The notes beneath the pieces are model-generated. The model was not told the DNA's origin. It did no database searches and saw only the letters and a list, made by a program, of their open reading frames with translations. Positions 54,628 to 64,000 of a DNA stretch of 64,000 nucleotides are shown here, piece by piece. The position numbers and the translations under genes were made by a program. Numbering within the stretch: the first letter of the stretch is position 1; every line of letters begins with the position of its first letter. Source of the stretch: Hyaloraphidium curvatum SAG 235-1 (lineage: Eukaryota > Fungi > Monoblepharomycota). The stretch spans positions 434,001-498,000 of the forward strand of contig JAIVFI010000001.1 in NCBI GenBank assembly GCA_025558095.1, in the 5' to 3' direction.

Positions 54628-57600
54628 ATGCTCGGGTCCGCGGAGCCCGCGCCGCCGGCCGACCGTGCGGAAGAGCTCACGGGCGCGGCGCTCGAGGAGG
54701 CGCTGTTTGGCCCGTCCCTCTGCGGCCTCGTCGGAGAACCGCGCGCGGACGGCCCGTCGGAGCCCCGCAGAGAATGCGCGGATTCCGACCGTATCGCGTG
54801 TTTAGACCACATTGCGCACTTAAAGCAGACCGCGGAACTACCGGCGAATGAGCTCCTTAGCCCGACGGAGCAGCCTGAGCTGGTTGGGGACGCAAAATTG
54901 GCGGACGACGGTGCGGTTCAGGCGGGCAGGCCCGCCTCCCCAGCCGGGCAAGCCGAAGCGGGGTTGGACAACCTCCGGCAAGACGCACACGTAGTGGAAA
55001 TGCCGTTGACGCCGACGGACCTGGCCGAGGAGCTGGCCGGACAGGCCGAGCAGCCGTTCCAGGTCTTCGAGCTCGTGGAGGCCGAAGTCCCGCTGGAGCA
55101 CACCGAGGCCCACGAGCAGCAGGCCGAGTACGTCGAGCAGTTCCTGCAGGACGTCCAGCAGGCGCTGGAGGCCATGCATGCGGAGGAGATGACGGCCAGC
55201 TCGGCGGCCGAACTCGCCACGGAGGCACCGGCGGAGCAGGACGAACCCGGCGACCACGTCGAGGTCATGGACTTTGGGCACGTCGAGCTGCCTCGGGAGG
55301 ACTCACAGGCTGGACGGGTTCAGCACGTCGGGCAACATGTGGAGCTACAGGGGGCGGCGGAGATGGGGCATGGCGCGGGCGCCAGTTCGGTCGACAGATT
55401 CGAAGCCGACACCTCCTTGGCCCCCGCCCCGGTGGAGCAGATGGCCGCCCCCACCTTACCCGTGCTCCACCCCCGCACCGAAACCCGCATCTCCGCCGAG
55501 CTCGCCCTGGCCTTTGCCCTGGGCGCCGCCGTCCCCGGCGCGGCCCCCTGCCGCGGCCTCGTCGCGGTCGCCCCCGCCCTCCTCGCCCTCGGCGTGCCCT
55601 GGACCTCCGCAGTCGACGCCACCGCCGCGCTCGTCGACGCCACCGCCCCCGCGACCTTCGACGCCTTGCGCGACGGCCTCTTCGCCGACCCGGCCGAGAT
55701 GCACCGTCCCCTGCACATGCACGAGCCGGACCTCGTCCGCGCGACCGCAGAGCTCTTCGACGCGCCGCTGTGGCGACCCCCCGCCTTCTGCATTGCCGAC
55801 GTGCGCGCCACGGGTCACCCGCTCCCGGCAACTACGGTGCCCTTCCTCGCCGCGATCGTGCGCAGCATCGTGGGGCCGCCCGCGGTGCCGAACGACCTGT
55901 ATTCGAGCCTGGCGGCGTACGCGGGGGAGCACCTGGGGATGGTGCTGCCTATGGCCTCCGTGGAGCCGGGAGAGTCGAGGTCGGATGGCGCGGTCGGCGA
56001 GCCTGGCGGGGAGGCAATGGAGATCGTTGCCGGGCCTGCCCAGGACGCCGACTCGGGCGAGGGCCTCGACTTGGCCTTCCCTCCCCCTGCCGACGACAAC
56101 CTTGCTTTCGCCAGCGCCGCCCCTGCGCGCCTGCTTCCGCCCCTCCCGCTCCTCGCCCTCACCTCCGGCCCCTCCAGCTCCACCCCTCCCCCACTCTCCG
56201 CCACCCCGCCGCAGGACCCCCTCTCCCCCTCCCACCCCCGCTACCGCTCCGCCCGGCCGCGCCCCTCGGAACTCCTCGAGTCCGCCCCCCGCGCGCGGTA
56301 CGCCGACCTCATCCGCGAGGCCATACGGGCGTCGCCTTTGCGCGTGCTGGCGCTGCACGAGGTGTACGAGGCCGTGGGGGCGAAGGTCGCCGACCGGGGG
56401 CGGGACTGGAAGGTTCGTGTCGTCGCGCGTCCGCGGCGGCGCAGGGCGCTGACGTCCCCGCAGAAGAGCGTGCGTGACAACCTGGCGACGAAGCCCGGAT
56501 TCGTGCGCATCCCGGGACCGGACGGGCAGGACGTTCCCGGCGGATTCTGGGCCGTGAGGGGCGAGGAGGCCGCCGAGCGCGCGGCACCAGCCGTCCGCGC
56601 CCCCGTGGGCATGCATTCCAAGGGCGCCGGGAAGGAGCAGCGCAGCAGCGGGGGGGAGGTGCAGCAGCGGGTGCCCAGGAAGGAGCAGAGGCCCGCGGGG
56701 AAGGAGCAACGCCCTGCGAACGACACGGCGCAGCGGACCGCCGACTGCAAGCCTGTAACAAAGCCCGAGCGGCCAGCAGGAGAGGGGCAGCACGGCGGCA
56801 AGAAGGCGCAGCACGGCGCCAGGAAGGAGCAGCACGGCGCCAGGAAGGAGCAGCAAGACTCCCGCGCGGACCAGCTGCACGACCCGGAGAAGCGCCCGGC
56901 TGCTGCAACGGCTCAGGCGCCGTCTCCGGCCAAGAAGCGCCGCGTCATCGGGGAGGAGGAGGAGGGGACGGAGTCTTCCGGGGACGAGATGGCGGCCGCT
57001 GTGGGCTCCAAGGCTGCCGTTCGGCCTGCTCATGGCCTGGAGAATCGCAAGCCCGAGGCCAAGCGTGGTGGCGGCGGCGCGGCGGCACCCAAGCGCAAGG
57101 CCGCGGAGGCGCCGGCGCCGCAGCCTCGCCCGGCTCCGTTGATCCTGCGTCTGCCTTCCCTCGTGGGTGTCCAGGCGTCGGCGTCCGACACCCGATCTCC
57201 GATCGCCGTCGACACCCCGCTGCAAGTGCCCGGCCAACTTTGCTCGGCCCCGATCTCTGTGCCAGCCATCGGGTGGCCTGGCCCCGCAGCCCTTGCGTCG
57301 GCTCCTGCCCTTCTAATTGCCTCTCGTGCTCTGGATCTCGGCGCACCGGAAGATCGCGGTCCTGTGGGCGCCTTCTCGGCGGGACCGCTGGCCGGCCTGC
57401 ACCGCCGCGCCCCGCACCCAGCCCGAACCCCGATCGACGTCGTCGACCTGACGGACGAGCTGCGGAGCTCCTCGCCGCTCGCCTCCCCCGCTGCCTCCCC
57501 TCCCGCCTTCCCCCGCGCGGCGCGAATGTCGGGCACCCCGCCGGATCTCGGCCCCAGCGGCCCGCGGCGCCGCCCCTCCGCGCACCCCACGCCGCCGCCC

Positions 57601-57762
57601 GCCCCCGCCGCGGACCCGGAGATGGACAGGCTGAGGGCCGTCGCGGCTGACAAGAGCAGCATCGTTGCGTCGCTGCGGACCATGCTGTCGAAAGCCGAGG
57701 CGGCCGAGGCGGAGGCGGTGGATGCGTGCCTGCACAGGGCGCGGGAGGCGCGGGTCGGGTGA
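54628..57762 (+). CDS. Large low-complexity protein with a divergent forkhead (winged-helix) domain
   Basis: PRARYADLIREAIRASPLRVLALHEVYEAV...DWK|KSVRDNLATKPGFVRIP...GGFWAV at ~56287-56556 (in-frame intron 56413-56463); NLS-like PAKKRR. The start codon is uncertain. Confidence 0.78.
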   Translation: MLGSAEPAPPADRAEELTGAALEEALFGPSLCGLVGEPRADGPSEPRRECADSDRIACLDHIAHLKQTAELPANELLSPTEQPELVGDAKLADDGAVQAGRPASPAGQAEAGLDNLRQDAHVVEMPLTPTDLAEELAGQAEQPFQVFELVEAEVPLEHTEAHEQQAEYVEQFLQDVQQALEAMHAEEMTASSAAELATEAPAEQDEPGDHVEVMDFGHVELPREDSQAGRVQHVGQHVELQGAAEMGHGAGASSVDRFEADTSLAPAPVEQMAAPTLPVLHPRTETRISAELALAFALGAAVPGAAPCRGLVAVAPALLALGVPWTSAVDATAALVDATAPATFDALRDGLFADPAEMHRPLHMHEPDLVRATAELFDAPLWRPPAFCIADVRATGHPLPATTVPFLAAIVRSIVGPPAVPNDLYSSLAAYAGEHLGMVLPMASVEPGESRSDGAVGEPGGEAMEIVAGPAQDADSGEGLDLAFPPPADDNLAFASAAPARLLPPLPLLALTSGPSSSTPPPLSATPPQDPLSPSHPRYRSARPRPSELLESAPRARYADLIREAIRASPLRVLALHEVYEAVGAKVADRGRDWKVRVVARPRRRRALTSPQKSVRDNLATKPGFVRIPGPDGQDVPGGFWAVRGEEAAERAAPAVRAPVGMHSKGAGKEQRSSGGEVQQRVPRKEQRPAGKEQRPANDTAQRTADCKPVTKPERPAGEGQHGGKKAQHGARKEQHGARKEQQDSRADQLHDPEKRPAAATAQAPSPAKKRRVIGEEEEGTESSGDEMAAAVGSKAAVRPAHGLENRKPEAKRGGGGAAAPKRKAAEAPAPQPRPAPLILRLPSLVGVQASASDTRSPIAVDTPLQVPGQLCSAPISVPAIGWPGPAALASAPALLIASRALDLGAPEDRGPVGAFSAGPLAGLHRRAPHPARTPIDVVDLTDELRSSSPLASPAASPPAFPRAARMSGTPPDLGPSGPRRRPSAHPTPPPAPAADPEMDRLRAVAADKSSIVASLRTMLSKAEAAEAEAVDACLHRAREARVG

Positions 57763-58293
57763 TGCGATACCGGTATTGGAACGACGAGTTGTTGTTGCCG
57801 GAGTCCTGCCGTGGCCTTGGAATGTACAGTCGCGTTCGAGAGAGAGTGTTCCTAGACCCAGCGACACGGCCGACCGCCAACCGCATCTCAATCCGTAGTA
57901 TCGTATGCTCGACTCTACCCAGTGTTCGCCGTCGCGGTGCACATAAACATCTCCGGCGCCAGGCAAGGGCAGGACGTGCTCGTGATGCCGACAAGAATTC
58001 GGAGTGCATCAGGGTGCAGATCGTCATGGATGGGCCGCGGGACGGCGGGCTGCGGGGGAGGATCTGAGGACGCGCGGGCCGGGAGGCGAGGACAGATGAT
58101 TTGCGTTTGCTCGGGCCGTTGCGTGCCATCGTTCCTGGAGACACAGTTAGATGCTGAATATGGACCGTCGTACTGCTGTGGGAACACCATGCTCCCTCCG
58201 GCTAGCTAGAAGACGGAAAGTAGCGTTAGGGAACGCGGGGCGACATTCACCCGGCCGTCCCTCCGCGTCCCCGCCCCCCGCGCATCCCGCGCC

Positions 58294-59635
58294 ATGTCGG
58301 TCTCGGCGGCGACCGACGCCTCCTACGAGGAAGCCGAGCCGTTCGGCGTCGAGGGCATCGGCAGCCGTGGGCGCCCCGCCGGCGGACCGCGTCCCTTGCT
58401 GACCCGCGGACCGCCGACACTTCGTCCCTATCGCCCTCCGTTTAAAGCCTTCCGCGCCCGCGACTCGCTGCCGCACTCGGGCGAGCGCATCGTGCTGCTC
58501 GACTGGATCGGCACCTCGACGACCCACGACTTGTTCATCAACCTCGTTACCCAGACGGGCCAGATGTTCGGGCCCGTGCTGGCCAGCTTGGGCCTCGTGC
58601 CGGCACCAAGTGGGTCCATACGCCGCTATTTCCGCCAGATTGGCCCACAGTTACCCCCGCAGTGATCGTGACGCGGGATTATCGTGTCCAGCTCCACCCG
58701 GACCTGCTCACGGGGTCGGGGAGGATGGTTCCCGGGGTTGGGGACAAGGTGTGGGGCCGGATGCACCTGCTCGAGGTCAGGGGGGCGTACTTTCGGCTCG
58801 AGATCGAGTTTCGCGTGATCGCCGAGACGGACGAGCGGACGTGGGTGACCGGCCGCGGGGCGCGAGGGGGAGGTGTCGCTGACCGGGCGGCGGCACCGAC
58901 AGGCGCGCAGAGCGGGACCTCACGGGGGGCAGGGCCAACTGGGGACGGGGCGAGGAGCGGAGACCGGGGCTGCCCTTTGCGGGGGGTTGGATCGGCTTCG
59001 TGGGTCCCCCGCGGTCCCTCGGAAGCGCGTCTTCACTGACGCCTCCCTCCCGTGTCAGATGATGGTCGTCCGCGACCCCAAGACCCACCGGTTGCGCTCC
59101 GCTGACGCCGCGGCCTTCGACGCCGAAGACTGGCACCGCCGCGGGATCATCCGCCCCTCCATCCTCGCGCGCGATCCGGGTTACGCGTGGCTGCTCTCGG
59201 GAATCGACGGCGACGCCGACATCCCCGCCGAGGCGCCGCGCGCCGCGGACGGGTGGGAGGCGCTGCCGCCGTTCGAGTGGCGGAGCAGGTGGACGGACAA
59301 CGACTCCTTCGGACACACCAACGTTTCTCGGTGGACTTCCCCGTCGTCCGCTCCCCCTGGTTCGGGGTTTCTGACCCGCCGGCCCTGTCAGCCGCCCCCT
59401 CCCTTTCCTCGAGCTCTCCCGCGCCCTCATCCCCACGCACCGCGTCGCCGGCATCTACTTCGAATGCAAGACCGAGATCCTACCCGGCGTCTCCTCCCCC
59501 GTGTCGGCGATCTGGAACCCCGCCGAGGGCAGGGCGCGGTTCGTGCTGGACAACGGGAAGCCGAACAGGGCGGGGGCGTGGCTGGTGGAGAAGGGGAGGA
59601 TGAGGCTCAAGACGGCGGGAGGGGGGCCCGCGTGA
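58294..59635 (+). CDS. HotDog-fold acyl-thioesterase-like protein (spliced)
   Basis: IVTRDYRVQL, MMVVRDPKTHR, FEWRSRWTDNDSFGHTN (4HBT-like R..D.D..GH.N), IYFECKTEILPG...TGA at 59633. Three or more introns. Confidence 0.65.
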
Positions 59636-59802
59636 TGCGGTGGCTGGCACGGTTACTGGGCGGGGCGGGGGGCCGAACCGGGCCCTAGACGAGAGAGAGA
59701 CGGGCTAGACAAGACAGACAAGATGGAACGATTTATCTGATCCAAGCTTCTTTTGTTTAGGCTCCAGTGCCGCATCAATCCGTGGAATCGAGTGATCGTG
59801 AT

Positions 59803-61604
59803 TCACCTCGCCGCGATCTTCCCGGCGGCCGTGCCCGCGGCGATCGTCCGAGCGAGATCCACCCTCCTGACCGCCACCGCCTCCACCGCCGCCGGCACGT
59901 CCCCCAGGCTCAAAAACACCCTCCCCTCCGGCGCCTGCCCCTCGTCCGGCACCTCCAGCCTGCCATCCAGCGTGCCTTCCTCCCCGCGCGGCGCAGCCCC
60001 CGCCAGATCGACCCCTGCCTCCCTCGCTTCCCCCGCGTAGGAATCCGCCACCCCGCGCGCCATCAGCCCCCACGACCGCGCGAATGAGACCTGCGCCCAT
60101 GCGAGTCCTGACCCCGTGCTCGAGTCGGCGCGGGCGGGCAACCCCCTCTGCGGCGCGATGCGGACGGAGGCGAGGAGCGCCCTTCCGGCGGTGTAGGCGG
60201 GCACCATCACGGCCATGTGCATGAAGCCGGGATCCGCCCGCAGCAGCCCTCGCAGGAGGAGGGCGAACCTGTGGGCGCGCGCGGCGCAGGCGGAGGAGAA
60301 GCCCGCGGCCGCGAGCGCATGGATGCCGACGTCCTCGAGGGTGAGCGCGTACCGCAGGGCGGAGACGGCGTGCGCGGGGGAGGAAAAGGGCAGCGCGGGG
60401 GAGGACAGGAGGGCGGAGGGGTCGCCGCGGGAGAAGGAGGCGGCGAGGAAGGGGGGGAGGACGGAGGGGAGGACGTCGCTGGCGGTGGCGAGCTGCGCGA
60501 GCTGTTCCCTGCGCTCGGGGGTGGCGGGCTCGCGGGCGAGGCGGTTGAGATGGTGGCGGAGGTAATGTGCCGCAAAGTAAACGAGCATCGGCGAGCCCGC
60601 GCCGTTGAAGGCGGCGGCAACGAGCGCGCGCACGGTCGATGTGATGGCCGGCCACGTGGTGCCGCCAAACTCGACCGAGGCCCAGGGGTTCCCGGCTCCT
60701 CGTGCCGATTTGAGCGCGGAGAAAACCGCCTCGGGGTCGCGCGCGCCGAAGAAGGCCTCGGCGACCGGCAGAGGGTAACGATGGCGGTGGAAGTAGCTGC
60801 AAAACGCGGGCTTGCCGGAAAACCGCGCGTTGATGACGTCGACGGCCGACACGGGGATCCTGAGGCGAAGCACCATCTCGCGCTTGATCCACGCGGTGGC
60901 GTCGGGCGGGTCCTCTTCCGGCAGCGCGCGGAAAAGCGCGTCGGCCGACCTCGCGGCGGCGTGCATCAGCGGGTACGTGCGCACGGGGGCGTTGGCGCCC
61001 AGGAAGACGTTCACCAGGAGAATCAGGGATTGGGCCGCCTCGAGGTCATCCCCGCCGGGGCAAGCAGCAGCTCCTGCGCCCGCCGCGCGCACCACAGCGC
61101 GCCGGCCATCCGCTCCTTGATCGGCAGGCCGGGCATCGTGCGGATGCCGTTGGCGGCTATGCCGAATGCCAGGGCCATCGGTTGCGGGCTGTACACAAAC
61201 AGCTTCGGGCGGAAGGCGCGCTCGAACGCCGTCTGGCTCAGGAAGGGGAAGCTCGGATGCACGCTTTCCCAGAAGTGCGAGATCGCAGGCAGCAGGAAAT
61301 CCGCGGGCGGCGGGTCGGCGTGCGGCACCGCGCGCGCCACGGCGGGCGGCGGCCACCGCGCGTGCGGCCTGCCGGGGCCCGCGCCCGCCGCGTCCCACGA
61401 CGCGCTGCGGTCGCGTGAGAAGAGGAAGGGGCCCCCCGGCAGCGGCTCCGAGCGGCCGCGGTCCACCGGGGGCAGGTCGTCCACCGGGGGCAGGCCGGCC
61501 CCGTCCGTCTCCCCCTCGTCCCCGTCGGCGGGATCGGGCTGCCACCACTTTGCACGCAGCACGAGCTCGCTCCACGCCGCGCCCTGGGCGGGGGCCGCCA
61601 TCAT
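59803..61604 (-). CDS. Fungal-specific transcription-factor-domain protein (frameshift at ~61057-61060)
   Basis: LLPAISHFWESVHPSFPFLSQTAFE, then DLEAAQSLILL and WIKREMVLR (Fungal_trans-like). The two frames join if one C is added to the gccccg run. No Zn2Cys6 cluster seen. Confidence 0.65.
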
Positions 61605-62206
61605 GAACGGCGGTCAGGGGTATCCCTCGTCTGACGAAGTTTCCGCGAAGACCCGTCGACGCCCCGGCGGGAGAATCACGCGCTGACCGCGTCCCAATCA
61701 CCATGAGCAGAAATACCTGCGGAAATATGATTCCCGTCGCACTCATCCCTGCGAATTGGATGCGTCTTGTTCAGTTCAAGCCCAGTCCGGCACCCGCGGA
61801 CAAACGCCACGACGTGCGGAGGTAGTCTACTCTGGGCTCCACGTCGAAGGGTGTTGGCTTGCCACTTTTTCTGAGGCATGGGAGGATGCTTAGTGTCAAA
61901 CTCCCCTCCTCGTGGCGCCGCAAGGAATCCTGCTGCGAGGCTTCCGTTCCGATGAGGTGGCGTTCACTGCTCACGGCATTGGCGGAGGACCGGCCAGACG
62001 ACGACAACTCCAGACGAAGAGTCCGCCCTCGTAATTCTGCCGTCGGCCAATCGGGTAACTTCGTTGGGTCTTGCGATGCGCCCGTAAGCGACATTGTCGG
62101 CCGTGTTTGGATGGCGTCGCCGGCCCGAGTCCCGCGCCGGGCCGCCCAACTTCCGCCGCCCGCCACCGCGCCGCCTCCCTCCCCCGCCCCGCCCTCGCCC
62201 GGCGCG

Positions 62207-64000
62207 ATGTGGTCGCTCCACACGCTGTCCGACGCGATCGGGAAGGCGTTCGGCGTGCCGGGTGGGTGCGTCGTCCCGTTGCCCGCTTCCGCGCTGACGG
62301 CGCCACCTATCCCGCGGACGGTTATTCTCCGTGCTAACCTCCTATTGACCCGTTTTCAACCGCTCCTTGACCGTTTCCTAACCCTCGGCGAACCGGGTGC
62401 GATTCGGCACCCCCGGCTGGGCGTCCAGGCGACAATGTCCTGGGCCTCCTCGCCATCCTGCTGTCGTACGTCGAGGCCGGCATCTTCATGCTGCTGCCCG
62501 ACTCGGTGCCGGTCAAGTCGGCCTTCTCCGTAGCCGCCTCGTTCCTCGCAATGTGGCAGCTGTTCGACATCGAGGGCGCCGTGCACCTCATCTCGGCCGT
62601 CGCCTACACCTGGCTCATCTCGCGCTTCCTCGGCGGCCGCAACGGCGCCCTGCTCACCTTTGCCGCCGTCATGCTGCACCTGGCCTACAACCACCTGCAC
62701 CGCCAGGTGTTCGTCGGGCTGTCGGACTACCGCTCCTTCGACCACACGGCGCCCTTCATGGTCCTGGCCATCAAGCTCACCTCGTACGGCTTCTCGGTGT
62801 GGGACGGCACCCGCCCCGCCTCGGAGCTCACCCCGCACCAGGCGAAAAAGGCCATCAAGGACGTCCCCGACCTGCTCTCGTTCGCCGGCTACGCCTTCTT
62901 CTTTGGCGGCTTCCTCGCCGGCCCGGCCTTTGATTTCGCCGACTACCGCCTGTTCTGCGAGGGCCACCTCGCACCGGGCCCCATCCGTGGCGCGCTCTGG
63001 CCCACCCTGCGCTGCTTCGGCTACGGCATCGGCACCCTCGCGCTGTTCCTGCTCCTGGGCGACTACTCGTTCGAGGCCACGCGGACGGAGCGCTACGCCG
63101 CCCTGTCCCCCTGGGGACGGTACATGTTCCTCTCTGCGTGCGGGTTCCAGGCGCGGACCAAGTTCTACACCGCGTGGAAGCTCGCCGAGGGCGCCTGCGT
63201 GATGATCGGCCTGGGGTGGAACGGCGTGGAGGAGGTGGACGACGGCCGCGGGGGCAAGCGGAAAAAGGTCCGCTGGGACCGCGTGAGCAACGTGCACCCG
63301 AGCAAGATCGAGACGGCGACGAGCTGGAGCGTGCTGGTGCGCAACTGGAACATCAACACGCAGTCGTGGCTCGAGAACCACATCTACCGGCGGTGCACGA
63401 CGCCGGAGCTGAGGGGGTGGGGGATGCTGGCGACCTACGCCGTGTCGGCGTTCTGGCACGGGTTCTACCCGGGTTACTACCGTCCGTTCCGCGTGCCGGC
63501 GTCTTGCGTACTCGCTGACCCCTTGCGCCCCGCCCAGTCTTCTTCTTCTCGGCCGCCATCACCACCTCGGTCGCCGCCAACGTCCGCCGCGCCGTTCGCC
63601 CCTTCTTCCTCCCCCCATCCCCCTACGCCGGCCTCAAGCCCGCCTACGACCTCCTCACGTGGTTCGCCTCCCTCACCGTGCTCAACTACATGGCCGCGAG
63701 CTTCATGCTCCTCTCGTTGTCCGAGGCGCGGAGGGTGTGGGGTTCGGTCTACTTTGCGCCGCACGTGGCGATCGCCGCCGCGTATGCCTTCTTTGCGCTC
63801 GGGGGCGGGAGATGGCTGGCGGGGGTGCAGCGGAGGATGGGGATCGCGGCGGAGAAGCCCAAGAGGGCCACGACGGGGGACCTGCCAGCGCCGAGCAAGG
63901 GGGCTGCCGAGGCGGCGGACGTTGTTGCGGGGAAGGGTAACGGCGTCTCGGCGAACGGGGCCGCGGGAGTGGTGGGTGGACAGCGCGGCCCGCCGCGGCA
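62207..64000 (+). CDS. ALE1: MBOAT lysophospholipid acyltransferase; runs off the window
   Basis: DHTAPFMVLAIKLTS, FFGGFLAGP, KFYTAWKLAEGAC...GLG, RWDRVSNV, WNINTQSWL, SAFWHGFYPGYY. Confidence 0.88.

Noticed and set aside
1-64000. Bacterial origin, rRNA/tRNA genes or an autonomous transposon
   Set aside because: Spliceosomal introns and SKP1 show the sequence is eukaryotic; no tRNA/rRNA signature and no transposase, RT or integrase motifs were recognised by eye.

Overview
This is high-GC, gene-dense eukaryotic DNA with short (~50-70 nt) GT-AG introns, many with a CTGAC/CTCAC-type branch point. Gene content (CBM18, CVNH, a fungal TF domain, SKP1, an MBOAT) points to a fungus, probably an early-diverging zoosporic lineage; a Monoblepharidomycete such as Hyaloraphidium is my inference only. 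Most ORF-track entries are GC shadow ORFs; about 27 real genes or pseudogenes can be assembled. These include four MYND-finger genes, a WW protein, an FMO, an LRR-coiled-coil-kinase pseudogene, secreted Cys/Thr-rich proteins, two glycosyltransferases, SKP1 next to an F-box gene, Ser/Thr dehydratase, an MFS transporter, TauD, two tandem P450s, a forkhead protein, thioesterases, a fungal TF and an MBOAT. The most notable items are: (1) an intron-containing ~1070-aa Z1-type (GxxQxGKT) SF2 ATPase fused to a C-terminal PHD finger; (2) a POMGNT2-like GT61 enzyme on a stalk of ~45 TLGAxx hexapeptides split by same-phase introns; (3) a 7-TM protein with a GRL/DUF3537-like (7TMIC) C-terminus; (4) recurrent orphan 3' gene tails next to family genes; (5) a shared basic Thr/Val/Arg segment in unrelated secreted proteins. 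No rRNA, tRNA, CRISPR array or intact transposase was seen. All assignments are by-eye motif recognition; no database search was run.
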